NCBI GenBank assembly: GCA_051013385.1
Contig: CP143273.1
Span: forward strand, 384,001-448,000
DNA length: 64,000 nucleotides
From: Phormidium sp.
GTDB taxonomy: Bacteria; Cyanobacteriota; Cyanobacteriia; Cyanobacteriales; Aerosakkonemataceae
Direction of reading: 5' to 3'
Made by a program: the position numbers and the translations under genes. The notes below the pieces were generated by a model. It searched no databases. It saw only the letters and a list, made by a program, of their open reading frames with translations, and was not told the DNA's origin. The first letter of the stretch is position 1. Each line of letters begins with the position of its first letter. Below, in pieces: positions 18,522-30,272 of this stretch.

Positions 18522-19646
18522 ATGGGTAATCAATCAACAACCGCTACTGTTTCTCGCACTCCTTTATATGAATTGGCTTTAGAATCCAAAGCTAGATTTA
18601 CGGAATTTTCCGGTTGGGAAATGCCTGTTCAGTACAGCGGAATAGCACAAGAACATCAAGCAGTTAGAACAGCATCGGGAATGTTTGATATTTCCCACAT
18701 GGGCAAATTTACCATGCAGGGAAAAGATTTAATCTCTCAATTACAAAAGTTAGTTCCTTCTGATTTAAGCAGTTTACAACCTGGTCAAGCTCAGTATACT
18801 GTTTTATTAAATTCTGAAGGTGGAATCATTGACGATATTATTTTTTACTATCAGGGTGAAGCAGCAGGAATACAGCAGGGAGTAATGATTGTTAATGCTG
18901 CAACTACGCCAAAAGATAAAGCTTGGTTGTTAAGTAATTTAGAAACATCAGAAATAGATTTTCAAGATATTTCCCAAGAAAAAGTTTTGATTGCAGTCCA
19001 AGGCCCCCAAGCAATTACGCAGCTACAAAAATTTGTGAAAGAAGATTTAAACGCCATTAAATATTTCGCTCATTTGTTAGGTGTTGTATTAGGAAAACCT
19101 GCTTTTATTGCCCGGACTGGCTACACTGGGGAAGATGGTTTTGAAGTGATGTTAGACCCAAATGTGGGTGTAGAATTGTGGCGTAATTTATTAGCAGAAG
19201 GTGTGGTTCCCTGTGGACTAGGTGCGAGAGATACTTTGCGTTTAGAAGCAGCAATGGCACTTTACGGACAGGATATTAATGAAGGGACAACGCCTTTAGA
19301 AGCGGGGTTAGGTTGGTTGGTACATTTAGATAGAAAAGGCGAATTTATTGGTCGGGAAATATTGACAGAACAAAAAGCATCGGGGGTAGAAAGAAAACTG
19401 GTAGCTTTGCAAATGCAAGGGCGTAATATTGCCCGTCAAGGTTATCCGATAAGCTATGAAGGGGAAACGGTGGGAGAGGTGACTAGTGGAAGTTGGTCGC
19501 CTACTTTGGAATGCCCGATCGCACTAGCTTATCTACCCACAAATTTAGCTAAAATTGGTCAAGAATTACAAGTGGAAATTCGCGGCAAATTTTATCCCGC
19601 TAAAGTAGTGAAAAAGCCTTTTTATCGTTCTCCAAATAAAGTCTAA
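18522..19646 (+). CDS. gcvT: Glycine cleavage system aminomethyltransferase T
   Basis: FSGWEMPVQY, FDISHMG, RTGYTGEDGFE, GLGARDTLRLEA. Confidence 0.97.
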   Translation: MGNQSTTATVSRTPLYELALESKARFTEFSGWEMPVQYSGIAQEHQAVRTASGMFDISHMGKFTMQGKDLISQLQKLVPSDLSSLQPGQAQYTVLLNSEGGIIDDIIFYYQGEAAGIQQGVMIVNAATTPKDKAWLLSNLETSEIDFQDISQEKVLIAVQGPQAITQLQKFVKEDLNAIKYFAHLLGVVLGKPAFIARTGYTGEDGFEVMLDPNVGVELWRNLLAEGVVPCGLGARDTLRLEAAMALYGQDINEGTTPLEAGLGWLVHLDRKGEFIGREILTEQKASGVERKLVALQMQGRNIARQGYPISYEGETVGEVTSGSWSPTLECPIALAYLPTNLAKIGQELQVEIRGKFYPAKVVKKPFYRSPNKV

Positions 19647-19657
19647 TTCTTCTAGGC

Positions 19658-19706
19658 ACGTTGTTGCGCTTCAGCGCTCTTATCTAGCGCTAAAGCGCAA
19701 CAACGT
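19658..19706. repeat. Palindromic repeat, probable bidirectional terminator
   Basis: ACGTTGTTGCGCTTCAGCGCT...AGCGCTAAAGCGCAACAACGT between convergent genes. Confidence 0.75.
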
Positions 19707-19712
19707 ACATTT

Positions 19713-20543
19713 TTACTTTGACTGATGCTGCAAAATTAGTTTAGTAAATTCTTGCAAAGCTCGATCGTATTCTTTACCTGCTGCATCTTTAAAATCATTG
19801 TGTCCAGCAGTTTCCACAACTAAAACTCGCTTCGGTTCATTAGCAGCAGCAAACAGTTTTTCTCCGTGCCAAAATGGAATAACTGTATCTGCTTTGCCAT
19901 ACATTACTAAAACAGGCGATCGCACCTTTTTAATTTTTTCGATATTATTAAACTTATCAAAAGGAAACAGCGTAATTTGTGTTACCACGCGAAAAGTACT
20001 GACAAAAGTATTCTCTAAAATTAACCCTCCCACAGGTTGGCGACTCGCTAAATCTACTGATGGCCCACCACCAACAGAACGACCATAGAGTATAATTTTG
20101 TTTGGACTTACACCTAACTTTTGTGTGAGATAATCATAAGCAGCATCAATATCTTTATAAGCATTTTTTTCACTCGGATTTCCTTGACTCGTACCATATC
20201 CGCGATAATCATAAGCAAATACCGCAAATCCCAAGTTTCGCAATTCTGCCAGTATCGGTGAAATCTCGCCTAAATCTTCCGCATTCCCATGACTGTAGAG
20301 AATGGTAAACTTAGCTTGCGGATTAGGTAAGTAAACTGCTGAGATTTTCACTCCATCTTTAGTGGTTAACTTGAGAATTTGATTGTTATCTTGGTAAGTG
20401 GATGGTTGGGGTAAAAAAATCATCCGATCGCTAAAAAAGTAAGCATATAAGCCAACACAAGCATAGATAAAAATGATCGATCGCATAATTCGTAACCCAG
20501 AAAACTCACCTATTAGCAGTTTTTTCAAAATTCGCTTATTCAT
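19713..20543 (-). CDS. Alpha/beta hydrolase (ABHD17/Bem46-like)
   Basis: YSHGNAEDL, DYRGYG, GRSVGG nucleophile elbow, AGHND. Confidence 0.92.
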   Translation of the reverse strand: MNKRILKKLLIGEFSGLRIMRSIIFIYACVGLYAYFFSDRMIFLPQPSTYQDNNQILKLTTKDGVKISAVYLPNPQAKFTILYSHGNAEDLGEISPILAELRNLGFAVFAYDYRGYGTSQGNPSEKNAYKDIDAAYDYLTQKLGVSPNKIILYGRSVGGGPSVDLASRQPVGGLILENTFVSTFRVVTQITLFPFDKFNNIEKIKKVRSPVLVMYGKADTVIPFWHGEKLFAAANEPKRVLVVETAGHNDFKDAAGKEYDRALQEFTKLILQHQSK

Positions 20544-20686
20544 AATGAGTAGCTAAAAATATAGCTAATAAAATTAACCTTCAGGGGAAATAACCCGATA
20601 TTCTGTACTTATATACAAGATCTGTCAGTTCTGCCTAAAATGCAACTGCAAAATCCTTAAATTATCTATCTTTGTGAGGAAGTTAA

Positions 20687-21076
20687 ATGTCTCTCGAATA
20701 TCCCGATGACCTAAAATACCTCGACACCCACGAATATGTCCGACTTGATGGCGAAATTGCTACGATCGGCATTAGCGCCTTCGCCGTAGACCAATTGGGT
20801 GACATCGTATTTCTGGAATTGCCAGAAATTGGCGACCCACTTAGCAAGGGAGAAGCCTTCGGAACAGTTGAGTCCGTCAAAGCAGTGGAAGACCTCAAAG
20901 CCCCCATTACCGGAACAGTCGTCGAACGCAACGAAGCAATGATTGAAACACCAGAAGAAATAGGCGAAGACCCCTACGGCGAAGGATGGTTACTTAAAGT
21001 ACGCATCGACGACCCCGACGAAATAAATGATGCCCTTTCCGCCGACGAGTACCGCGCCCAAGTAGAAGGGGAATAG
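20687..21076 (+). CDS. gcvH: Glycine cleavage system H protein
   Basis: [20 protein letters not shown] lipoyl-Lys motif, DPYGEGW. Confidence 0.97.
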   Translation: MSLEYPDDLKYLDTHEYVRLDGEIATIGISAFAVDQLGDIVFLELPEIGDPLSKGEAFGTVESVKAVEDLKAPITGTVVERNEAMIETPEEIGEDPYGEGWLLKVRIDDPDEINDALSADEYRAQVEGE

Positions 21077-21310
21077 GGACTGGGGACTGGGGACTGGGGA
21101 AGTTTTGAGTTTTGAGTTTTGAGTTTTGAGTGAGGGACAAAGTTCTGAATTTTAAGTTATCTCCCCTGCCCCTCTGCCCCTCTGCTCCCCTGCTCCCCTG
21201 CTCCCCTGCCCCTCTGCCCCCCTGCTCCCCTGCTCCCCTGCTCCCCTGCCCCTCTGCCCCCCTGCTCCCCTGCCCCTCTGCCCCCCTGCCCCTCTGCCCC
21301 TCTGCCCCTT
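21076..21310. repeat. STRR heptamer tracts (GGGGACT, GTTTTGA, CCCCTGC/CCCTCTG)
   Basis: Visible tandem units between gcvH and gcvP. Confidence 0.9.
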
Positions 21311-21362
21311 GATGGCAAATACTTGTTAAAACTTAATTAAGTCAATTGTGGAGAATCATTAA

Positions 21363-24269
21363 GTGGCAACTTCTAGCCCTTCTACCAAATCTAGCCCTCA
21401 AATGGGACAAACAGATAGTTTTGCTAGCAGGCATATTGGCCCTAGCCCAGAAGAAATTAAACAAATGCTGGAATTGTTGGGACTTTCTAGCTTAGATGAA
21501 CTCATAGAAAAAACTGTTCCCCCTTCTATTCGCATTTCTCGTCCGTTACAACTACCACCCGCCCAAAGTGAATATGCTGCCCTTGCCAATTTAAAAGAAA
21601 TTGCCTCCAAAAATCAGATATTTCGCTCTTTTATTGGCATGGGTTATTCTGATTGCATCACCCCACCTGTTATTCTGAGAAACATTTTAGAAAATCCCGG
21701 TTGGTACACTGCTTACACTCCCTACCAAGCAGAAATTGCCCAAGGAAGATTAGAAGCATTATTAAATTTCCAAACCATGATTATTGAATTAACAGGTTTG
21801 GAAATTGCCAACGCTTCCTTATTAGATGAAGCAACCGCAGCCGCTGAAGCCATGACCTTAAGTTATGGTGTAGCTAAAAACAAAGCAAAAGCTTTCTTCG
21901 TTTCTCAAGATTGCCATCTCCAAACGATCGAAGTCGTCCAAACTCGCGCCAATCCTTTAGGAATTGAAGTTATCGTTGGCAACCATGAAAAATTCGCCTT
22001 TGACGAACCAATTTTCGGCGCATTACTCCAATATCCCGCCACAGATGGCACAATTTATGATTACCAGAAATTCATCGAACAAGCACATAAAGTTGGTGCA
22101 TTAGTCACAGTAGCCGCAGATATTTTAAGCTTAACTTTACTCACTCCTCCAGGGGAATTTGGCGCTGATATTGCCGTAGGAAATACCCAGCGTTTTGGCG
22201 TACCTTTAGGTTATGGTGGCCCTCACGCCGCATATTTCGCCACCAAAGAAGAGTTTAAACGCCAAGTTCCGGGCAGAATTGTTGGTGTTTCCAAAGATGC
22301 TAATGGAAAATCAGCTTTACGTTTAGCTTTGCAAACTCGCGAACAACATATTCGCCGGGAAAAAGCTACAAGTAATATTTGTACTGCCCAAGTTTTATTA
22401 GCCGTAATTGCTAGTATGTATGCGGTTTATCATGGGGCGGCAGGAATAAAGAGAATTGCGGAAAATATTCATCAGTTAACACACCTTTTGGCTGAAGGAT
22501 TAAAGCAGTTAGGTTACAAAATTACTGGCGAATATTTCTTTGATACGATTCGGGTAGACTTGGGAAGTCGCAGTCTAACAGAAATTCTGCAAGCCGCAGA
22601 AGTTCAGCAAATCAACCTGCGAGTCTTTGATGACAAATCTGTGGGTATTTCCCTAGATGAAACTACCACTATTGAAGATTTACAAAACCTTTGGGCAATC
22701 TTCGCGCTAGGAGAAGAATTACCTTTTAATGCGGAAGAATTTGTCGGGGTAATTCATGAATTACCCCGACAAATTCAAAACTCTTTAACCCGTACTAGTA
22801 ATTATCTAACTCATCCCGTCTTTAATCAATATCATTCGGAAACCGAATTATTGCGTTATCTCCATCGTTTGCAAGCCAAAGATTTATCATTGACAACTTC
22901 AATGATTCCCTTGGGTTCTTGTACAATGAAGTTAAACGCAACGGCGGAAATGATTCCCGTAACTTGGGCAGAGTTTGGCAAAATTCACCCCTTTGCACCC
23001 CTTTCTCAAACTAGGGGTTATCAAGTAATGTTCCAGCAATTAGAAGAATGGTTGGCGGAAATTACAGGTTTTGCCGCAGTTTCTTTGCAACCAAATGCGG
23101 GTTCTCAAGGGGAATATGCCGGACTTTTAGTAATTCGAGAATATCATGAAAGTCGGGGAGAAAATCATCGCAATGTTTGTTTAATTCCGCAATCTGCACA
23201 TGGAACAAATCCAGCTAGTGCGGTAATGTGTGGTTTAAAAGTTGTGCCGATCGCTTGCGATGAACATGGTAATATTGATGTTACCGACCTGAAAAATAAG
23301 GCGGAAAAACACAGTAAAGAACTCGCCGCTTTAATGGTGACTTATCCTTCTACTCACGGGGTTTTTGAGTCAGAAATTAAGGAGATTTGTGAAATAGTTC
23401 ACTCTCACGGCGGTCAAGTTTATATGGATGGGGCTAATATGAATGCCCAAGTTGGTTTATGTCGTCCGGGAGATTTTGGCGCTGATGTTTGCCATTTGAA
23501 TTTACACAAAACTTTCTGTATTCCTCATGGTGGTGGGGGGCCGGGAATGGGTCCGATCGCAGTATCATCTCATTTAGTACCTTTCTTACCCGGTCATTCT
23601 GTAGTAAAAATCGGAGAACAAATCGGAATTGGTGCGGTTTCTGCTGCACCTTGGGGTAGTGCTAGTATCCTACCAATTTCTTGGATGTACATCGCAATGA
23701 TGGGCGGGGAAGGGTTAACAGAAGCGACGAAAGTGGCGATTCTTAATGCTAATTATATGGCTCGTCGTTTACAAGATTATTACCCAGTTTTGTACAAGGG
23801 AAATAATGGTTTTGTGGCGCATGAGTGTATATTGGATTTGCGATCGCTCAAAAAATCCGCCAGCATCGAAGTAGATGATATCGCTAAACGCTTAATGGAT
23901 TATGGTTTTCACGCCCCTACCGTTTCTTGGCCCGTTGCAGGTACAGTAATGGTAGAACCAACCGAAAGCGAATCGAAAGCAGAATTAGACCGTTTTTGTG
24001 ATGCCATGATTGCCATTCGTCAGGAAATTGCGGAAATTGAAACAGGCAAATTTGATGCGGAAAATAATGTCTTGAAAAATGCACCCCACACCGCAGAAAC
24101 TTTAATTTCTGATGATTGGAATCGCCCTTATTCTCGCACCCAAGCCGCTTACCCGGCACCTTGGTTAAAAGAACACAAATTTTGGCCTCCTGTCAGCAGA
24201 ATTGATAATGCTTTTGGCGATCGGAATTTTGTCTGCTCCTGTTTGCCAATGTCAGCCTATGACGAATAG
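21363..24269 (+). CDS. gcvP: Glycine dehydrogenase (aminomethyl-transferring) P protein
   Basis: [48 protein letters not shown]. Confidence 0.98.
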   Translation: MATSSPSTKSSPQMGQTDSFASRHIGPSPEEIKQMLELLGLSSLDELIEKTVPPSIRISRPLQLPPAQSEYAALANLKEIASKNQIFRSFIGMGYSDCITPPVILRNILENPGWYTAYTPYQAEIAQGRLEALLNFQTMIIELTGLEIANASLLDEATAAAEAMTLSYGVAKNKAKAFFVSQDCHLQTIEVVQTRANPLGIEVIVGNHEKFAFDEPIFGALLQYPATDGTIYDYQKFIEQAHKVGALVTVAADILSLTLLTPPGEFGADIAVGNTQRFGVPLGYGGPHAAYFATKEEFKRQVPGRIVGVSKDANGKSALRLALQTREQHIRREKATSNICTAQVLLAVIASMYAVYHGAAGIKRIAENIHQLTHLLAEGLKQLGYKITGEYFFDTIRVDLGSRSLTEILQAAEVQQINLRVFDDKSVGISLDETTTIEDLQNLWAIFALGEELPFNAEEFVGVIHELPRQIQNSLTRTSNYLTHPVFNQYHSETELLRYLHRLQAKDLSLTTSMIPLGSCTMKLNATAEMIPVTWAEFGKIHPFAPLSQTRGYQVMFQQLEEWLAEITGFAAVSLQPNAGSQGEYAGLLVIREYHESRGENHRNVCLIPQSAHGTNPASAVMCGLKVVPIACDEHGNIDVTDLKNKAEKHSKELAALMVTYPSTHGVFESEIKEICEIVHSHGGQVYMDGANMNAQVGLCRPGDFGADVCHLNLHKTFCIPHGGGGPGMGPIAVSSHLVPFLPGHSVVKIGEQIGIGAVSAAPWGSASILPISWMYIAMMGGEGLTEATKVAILNANYMARRLQDYYPVLYKGNNGFVAHECILDLRSLKKSASIEVDDIAKRLMDYGFHAPTVSWPVAGTVMVEPTESESKAELDRFCDAMIAIRQEIAEIETGKFDAENNVLKNAPHTAETLISDDWNRPYSRTQAAYPAPWLKEHKFWPPVSRIDNAFGDRNFVCSCLPMSAYDE
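22737..22776. repeat. Perfect 40-bp palindrome (REP-derived) inside gcvP
   Basis: GAATTTGTCGGGGTAATTCA/TGAATTACCCCGACAAATTC; same core as 3728-3755. Confidence 0.85.
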
Positions 24270-24287
24270 TTGGTAACTACCTCTGCC

Positions 24288-24320
24288 AGATCCCCGGCTT
24301 CCTCAAGAAGTCGGGAATCT
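24288..24320 (+). terminator. Palindromic repeat / probable terminator after gcvP
   Basis: AGATCCCCGGCTTC-CTCAA-GAAGTCGGGAATCT. Confidence 0.6.
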
Positions 24321-24689
24321 AATAGAATATAAAAAATATAAAATTTTCTATGCAAATCATAAAGTTTTTCTATGTAAAACAATTTATTTTCATATATATA
24401 AAAAAATGTTTGTGTTAATATGCTAAAAGCACTTTAGTTGCTGCTTATTAGGGTGATAGTGAACCAAGCCATTTTCACAGAATAAACTAGGTACGCTGCC
24501 ATTGTTATTGGGGTGTGCCAGAATTTTTGTCGAGATAAAAAGTGGGCTGCGCTTTGATTTGTTAATTCTCAAAGTTCAGTCGAATTTTTATACCTGCCTA
24601 TAAATAATTATCAAGGCAATTCAGCTTAATTGCTAATTGCTCGTCGAGCATTTGTTGATTTTCATCTCTTTAAAATCGATTCACTATTT

Positions 24690-26429
24690 ATGCACACTCT
24701 ACCCTCTAAAAAGACCGATCGACTTGAGCAAGCTTTAGCTCCTTTACATAAAAAATACGATCAATTAGCAAAAATGTTAAAAGTTCCGTTTCGGGCGATC
24801 GGATTTTTCAAATTTCTTCAAGGTCTTCCCGTACACCCAACCCGTGAATCACTCAGATATGCAGTAGCTCTGATGGATACAGAAGATCCTCAAATGTATC
24901 AGCGAGCTATAGAAATAATACAACAAATCTTAAGTTTACAAGACAAAGAATCACGCAGCAAAAATTATGGAATTTGGCCGAAATATCTCGAAGAAAGACT
25001 TTTTAAAATAGTTCAGCCCGATCCAAACTGGCGTGAATTTTTAGCTACACAACTATTACAACTCGCACTTTATCATCGTCCTAACTTACCTGTTAAGTTA
25101 ATGGCTCAAGTCGATCGTGCTATCCTCTGCGCTGCACGTAACATTCAACAACGTAATATCCCTCTTGATTACACCAACATTGCCATTATGGGCATTTATG
25201 TAACCCTAGTTACAGGTCAAATCTACGAAATCAATGATTTATACAATTATGGCATAAATCGTCTTCAGGAATTCTCTCAATACGTCCTAGAACAAAATAA
25301 TTTTACTGAATACAACAGTCCAGATTATACAGTTATTACCTTAGAAATTTTAGGTCGTCTGAGGCTATATGCCAAAGATTTTAACAATGTTACAATAGCA
25401 GAACTAGTTGAGCCTCTATATCGTTTAAGTTGGACAGAAATAGCCGCTCATTTCCATCCCCCTACTCGCCAATGGGCAGGTCCCCATAGCCGAAGCTACA
25501 GGACTTTACTCCCAATTGAAGTATTAGCATTAATAGAACGTTCTACCTCAGAATTAATTGATTTTGGCACTTTTAAAAAGTACGCTGCCCTAGATGAATA
25601 TCGCCTCCCCTTACCTTGTCCCTCTGATTTAGAAACACTATTTCTCTACTTAAATGAACCTCGCACTGTAACTCAAACCTTGTCTAAAAGATTACCCAAT
25701 CAGGTGCTAACAACTTATCTGGCTCCCGCTTTTACCTTGGGAAGTGTTAATTATAGTGACTTTTGGCATCAGCGGCGACCTTTATCGATCTATTGGGGAA
25801 CATATCAAGAGCCAAGTTATTTAAGAGTACGCTGTTTGTACAACAATATAGATTACGCAGCAGCACAATTTTTTAGCGTGCAAAATGAGGGAAATATTCT
25901 TTGCGGTGTTTCTTTTGCGACCGATATTAACCCGATCAATCCTTACATTAGCCAAAAGAAAAAACTTAATTCTCAATTACCGATCAAAGATTTGCGGTTG
26001 CGTTTTGAGTTTGGCGGTTCTATTAATATGAAAAATCTTCAGACTCAGCTTTCATCATTAGCTACTCTGAACTCAACTGTTTGTCTATCCTTTGGCGACT
26101 TAAATATTCAGATTCAAATTCCCTACGCACAATTTGGTCAATCAACAGGCAAATGGCAAATCGATCGAGACTCACAATGTTTTTATCTGGATCTGTTGCT
26201 ATGTACTGGGAAGAACCAAGTATGTAATCTTTCTAATCTTAGCCAAAGCGCGATCGCATTTGCCCTCAAAGTAACAACTGAAAAAATTTTGTCGCCTCAA
26301 GTCTCAATCAATATTGTTGATAATTGGCTAAACATGGCGTGGGAAAATCTCAACCTTAAACTTTGGACTAAACCCGCCGAACAGCAGTTTTTAAACATAT
26401 CAACCTTTTCCAGCGACATACACAAATAA
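24690..26429 (+). CDS. Hypothetical protein, possibly a helical-toroid carbohydrate-active enzyme (heparinase II/III-like architecture)
   Basis: Long ORF with DPNW.EF, YTNIAIMG, EYNSPDY, HFHPPTRQWAGPHSRSY motifs; helical N-terminal half and beta-rich C-terminal half; function is inferred. Confidence 0.55.
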   Translation: MHTLPSKKTDRLEQALAPLHKKYDQLAKMLKVPFRAIGFFKFLQGLPVHPTRESLRYAVALMDTEDPQMYQRAIEIIQQILSLQDKESRSKNYGIWPKYLEERLFKIVQPDPNWREFLATQLLQLALYHRPNLPVKLMAQVDRAILCAARNIQQRNIPLDYTNIAIMGIYVTLVTGQIYEINDLYNYGINRLQEFSQYVLEQNNFTEYNSPDYTVITLEILGRLRLYAKDFNNVTIAELVEPLYRLSWTEIAAHFHPPTRQWAGPHSRSYRTLLPIEVLALIERSTSELIDFGTFKKYAALDEYRLPLPCPSDLETLFLYLNEPRTVTQTLSKRLPNQVLTTYLAPAFTLGSVNYSDFWHQRRPLSIYWGTYQEPSYLRVRCLYNNIDYAAAQFFSVQNEGNILCGVSFATDINPINPYISQKKKLNSQLPIKDLRLRFEFGGSINMKNLQTQLSSLATLNSTVCLSFGDLNIQIQIPYAQFGQSTGKWQIDRDSQCFYLDLLLCTGKNQVCNLSNLSQSAIAFALKVTTEKILSPQVSINIVDNWLNMAWENLNLKLWTKPAEQQFLNISTFSSDIHK

Positions 26430-27093
26430 ATGCCTCTTTCTTAACTTGGGGTGGAAAACCTTGGTTTTGCGAACGGGGGACTGCGATTAATCAGGTTTAC
26501 CGATCGCCATAAATAAATTAGGGAAAAGCCACCCCGGTTTACTGAACAATAAATTACGATAAGATAAATTTAATCCAAACTTCATCAAGTATTTACAAAA
26601 ACTTCATAAATTAGGGTAGTGAAATATTATTTAATCAATCCAGATACAGGTTAAAAGCTAGTATTTACAGTACTTTACCGAGTTAGTCACAATTTTTGGT
26701 GGTAAAAGGCGATCGATTCCTGTTAACGAAATAAAAAAAATCAAATTTACTTGTTATTTACTGCTACTGCTATTATAATACAAAGTGGATTATTTACTTT
26801 GTACTCATTAATCCAATTGATTTAGCAATAAATATGGCAATGTTGTTAACATAAACAATGAATATAATCCCTATTGTCTAGGATTAATTAAATTTAAATT
26901 TTAGAGGAATAAAAACGCTTTATGAAGAAAAGAAAGCCAAAAAAAGCAAGAATAAATTTCTTGCTTCTAACTCGTGACTGAACAAGCGCCATCTAAGTTG
27001 TATAGATAGCCAAGGAAAGGCTCAACAAAAGGAAATACAGCAGTAAAAACTTCTCAATTGAATTAATACCTTTATTACTAGGAGGAACAGAAA

Positions 27094-29769
27094 ATGGATC
27101 TGCTCGGTAATGGTTTGCGCGGAGAGTATTACGACACAGACGACCTGTATCAAAACAACTCCAGCCATCTGAAATTTATCCGCACAGATAGTACAGTGAA
27201 TTTTAATTGGGGTACGGGTTCACCCGGTACAGGGATTGGCTCGGATTATTTTTCAGCCCGCTGGACGGGACAGGTAAAAGTTCCCACTTCCGGTAACTAT
27301 ACATTTTTTACCGAAGCGGATGAAGGTGTGAGGCTTTGGGTGAATGGACAACTACTAATCGACGAGTGGGAAGATGCGGGAGTAGTGACTAACGGCAGCG
27401 GTACCATCAATCTCACAGGCGATCGAATGTACGATATCAAGCTGGAATACTTTGAGTTTCGCGGACAGGCATCTGCTCGACTGCTATGGTCGGGACCGAA
27501 TCTATCTAAGCAGGTGATTCCCCAGAGCCACTTATATTCGACTCCTGTAGGTGGTTCCCCTCCCGTTGATACCACTCCGCCAACCGCCAATGTAACAGCC
27601 CCAGATATTTTGACAGAGGGCGGCATCACATATCAATTTAATGTGACATATTCGGATAATACAGCAATGAATGTAGCAACGCTGAATGGTAGCGATATTT
27701 TAGTAACCGGACCCAATGGTTTTAGCCAGATGGCAGCTTTAGTGAGCCTGAACAACAACAGCAATGGGACACCGCGTACAGCAACTTATCAGATTAATGC
27801 ACCGGGGGGCACTTGGACGATCGACGACAACGGCAGATACACTTTCGTCTTACAACCCAATCAAGTAAGCGATACCAGCGGTAATTTTATGCCCACCTCC
27901 AGCTTAGGGAGTTTTCTAGTCAATGTTCCTAACAATACTGGTAGCCAAACTGAAAACATCGTATTTCCCAATGATGCTGGAGTCATCAATGTCAAAACCC
28001 AGTTTGGTGCCAAAGGGGATGGAGTAACAGATGACACAGCAGCTATTCAAGCAGCGCTTAATGCCTATCCCAATGGAAACCGGATTATTTATTTGCCAAA
28101 TGGAACTTACCTGGTTTCCGATCGCTTAAGTTGGCCTGTAGGTACTGTAGGAGGTGAAGAATACAAGCGAACTATTCTCCAAGGACAAAGCCAGCAGGGG
28201 ACGATCGTCAAATTAAGGGATAATGCCCCGGGGTACACAAACGCCAGCACACCAAAATCAGTTATTTTTACAGGCCCTAGCCCTGCTCAAAGGTTCCGTA
28301 ACTCGATTCGCAACTTGACACTGGATACGGGACTGGGAAATGCCGGAGCGATCGGCATTCAGTTCAACGCCAGCAATCAAGGAACCCTACGCGAAGTCAC
28401 CATTCGATCGGGCGACGGACAAGGCATCAACGGCTTAGACATGAACTTTATGGACGAAATTGGCCCACTTTTGGTAAAAAACGTCTCCGTCAAAGGATTT
28501 CAATACGGCATTCGCACTGGCTTTAACGTCAACAGTCAAACATTGGAAAATATCAAGTTAGAAAATCAAAGCGTCTATGGAATTTACAACACAGGTCAAG
28601 TAATTAGCATTCGGGGATTGACCAGTACAAACGGGGTGACAGCCGTTTACAATCAGCGAGGACGAATGACCTTGGTTGATGCCACCTTCACTGGTACCAG
28701 CGGCGCTGCCACTAAACCAGCGATCAAAAGCGATCCCATGAACAGCCTATTAGTTCGCAACTTAACAACATCAGGCTATCAATTAGCTATTGACAACGAC
28801 GACGACATTTTAACCGGGCCATCAATCACCGAATTTGTCTCTGGTAGCAACATTAAAAGTTTATTTTCCTCTCCCATGCAAACACTGAATTTGCCGATTA
28901 AGGAAACTCCAGACGTACCTTGGGACAATCCAACCACAACTCCTTGGGCGAATGTGGTTTCCTTTGGGGCAATAGCCAACGATGGCAAAGATGACTCGGC
29001 AGCGGTGCAGCGAGCGATCGATTCCGGCAGAACCACCGTCTATTTTCCCAATGGAAATTATGACCTGCGCCAAACAGTTCTAGTTCGCAACAACGTGCGG
29101 CGCATCATCGGAACAGAAGCAAAAGTCACAGTCGGTACAGAATCCAATCAAACTTACACAGGCTTCAAATTAGTAGATGGCACCAGCCCAGTAGTTGTCT
29201 TTGAAAGGCTGGAAGGAGATTTTTATAAAAACCCAACTTTTGACAATGCCTCTGCAAGAACAATGGTAATTCGCCACTCCTCCAATGTCTCCGGTAACAT
29301 GACAGGATCGGGCGATATATTTATCGAAGATGTCGTCTCCAATCCTTTTTCTAGCTGGACTTTCAACAAGCAAAACGTTTGGGCACGCCAGTTCAACGTA
29401 GAAGTTCAGGGAACCCACATCACAAACAATGGCGGCAACCTCTGGATTTTAGGCTTGAAAACCGAGCGTGGCGGTACACTAATTCACACCAAAGCAGGTG
29501 GAAAAACTGAAGTACTCGGTGGATTCGCCTACACCACAACTCCTACTCTCGATGGCACCCAAAACGATCCGATGTTTATCAATGAAGATTCTTCTCTTTC
29601 CATCAGTATCGGAGAAGTCAACTACGGAGGAGGCCCAAATTACACAACCTACGTTCGCGAAACCCGGAACGGAGAAACTCGCAACCTACCTCGTAGCAGC
29701 GTTCCCAGTTTCGTAGGTAGTGGCAGACAAATCCCTCTTTACGTGGGCTACCCCAATAATTCTCGCTAA
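27094..29769 (+). CDS. PA14 domain + Ig-like domain + beta-helix glycoside hydrolase (Pectate_lyase_3/GH55-like)
   Basis: GLRGEYY..FSARWTG..DEGVRLWVNG (PA14); two FGAKGDGVTDDTAAIQ / FGAIANDGKDDSAAVQ repeats; AGGAGG SD. Confidence 0.85.
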   Translation: MDLLGNGLRGEYYDTDDLYQNNSSHLKFIRTDSTVNFNWGTGSPGTGIGSDYFSARWTGQVKVPTSGNYTFFTEADEGVRLWVNGQLLIDEWEDAGVVTNGSGTINLTGDRMYDIKLEYFEFRGQASARLLWSGPNLSKQVIPQSHLYSTPVGGSPPVDTTPPTANVTAPDILTEGGITYQFNVTYSDNTAMNVATLNGSDILVTGPNGFSQMAALVSLNNNSNGTPRTATYQINAPGGTWTIDDNGRYTFVLQPNQVSDTSGNFMPTSSLGSFLVNVPNNTGSQTENIVFPNDAGVINVKTQFGAKGDGVTDDTAAIQAALNAYPNGNRIIYLPNGTYLVSDRLSWPVGTVGGEEYKRTILQGQSQQGTIVKLRDNAPGYTNASTPKSVIFTGPSPAQRFRNSIRNLTLDTGLGNAGAIGIQFNASNQGTLREVTIRSGDGQGINGLDMNFMDEIGPLLVKNVSVKGFQYGIRTGFNVNSQTLENIKLENQSVYGIYNTGQVISIRGLTSTNGVTAVYNQRGRMTLVDATFTGTSGAATKPAIKSDPMNSLLVRNLTTSGYQLAIDNDDDILTGPSITEFVSGSNIKSLFSSPMQTLNLPIKETPDVPWDNPTTTPWANVVSFGAIANDGKDDSAAVQRAIDSGRTTVYFPNGNYDLRQTVLVRNNVRRIIGTEAKVTVGTESNQTYTGFKLVDGTSPVVVFERLEGDFYKNPTFDNASARTMVIRHSSNVSGNMTGSGDIFIEDVVSNPFSSWTFNKQNVWARQFNVEVQGTHITNNGGNLWILGLKTERGGTLIHTKAGGKTEVLGGFAYTTTPTLDGTQNDPMFINEDSSLSISIGEVNYGGGPNYTTYVRETRNGETRNLPRSSVPSFVGSGRQIPLYVGYPNNSR

Positions 29770-29807
29770 AACATTTTTTCCTTGTCTTCTGTCTCCTGTT
29801 TTCTCCC

Positions 29808-29911
29808 CTTAAATCTTGCACTCCTAGAGGTGGAACCTCCCAGATCCTCGTTCCTCGTTCCCAGGTTGAACCGGGGAACGAAGAATGGAGGCTGGAGGTG
29901 CAAGATCTGAG
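29808..29911. mobile_element. MITE-like element with internal REP palindrome
   Basis: Terminal inverted repeats CTTAAATCTTGCAC / GTGCAAGATCTGAG enclosing TCGTTCCCAGGTTGAACCGGGGAACGA. Confidence 0.55.
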
Positions 29912-30272
29912 TCCCCTTAGAGATTCAATTTCTTTACCATAAGTTTATAAATTTGCCTAATTACTTGATAATTTCTTGATAAAAACTGAGTTCCATTTCA
30001 GAAAAAACAACTAAAAAGTATATAGAAACTGAACTTCCGACCATTAAGTAGTTGTTTTACGGTTAAACACAGAGCTTTTGCCAATGCTAAACTAGCTTCA
30101 GAATCTTTAGTTGGTAGACTTGTTGAAGAGTAAATTTATTTGCATCAAGGTGAAAATTCCGTTCCTCAGTACAACCCGTATCAGGAGCCTAATCAGATTC
30201 TTGTCTCGATAAATTAACGACAAGAATTTTTGTGGTCATACATACGAGCAACCCCGCAGAGAGTAAATCAAA

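Noticed and set aside
21130..21312. 60-aa Pro/Cys-rich ORF
   Set aside because: Heptamer repeat tract, not a credible gene.
26443..26539. IS-end-like inverted repeats GGGGTGG/CCACCCC
   Set aside because: Too short to support a call; no transposase remnant recognised.
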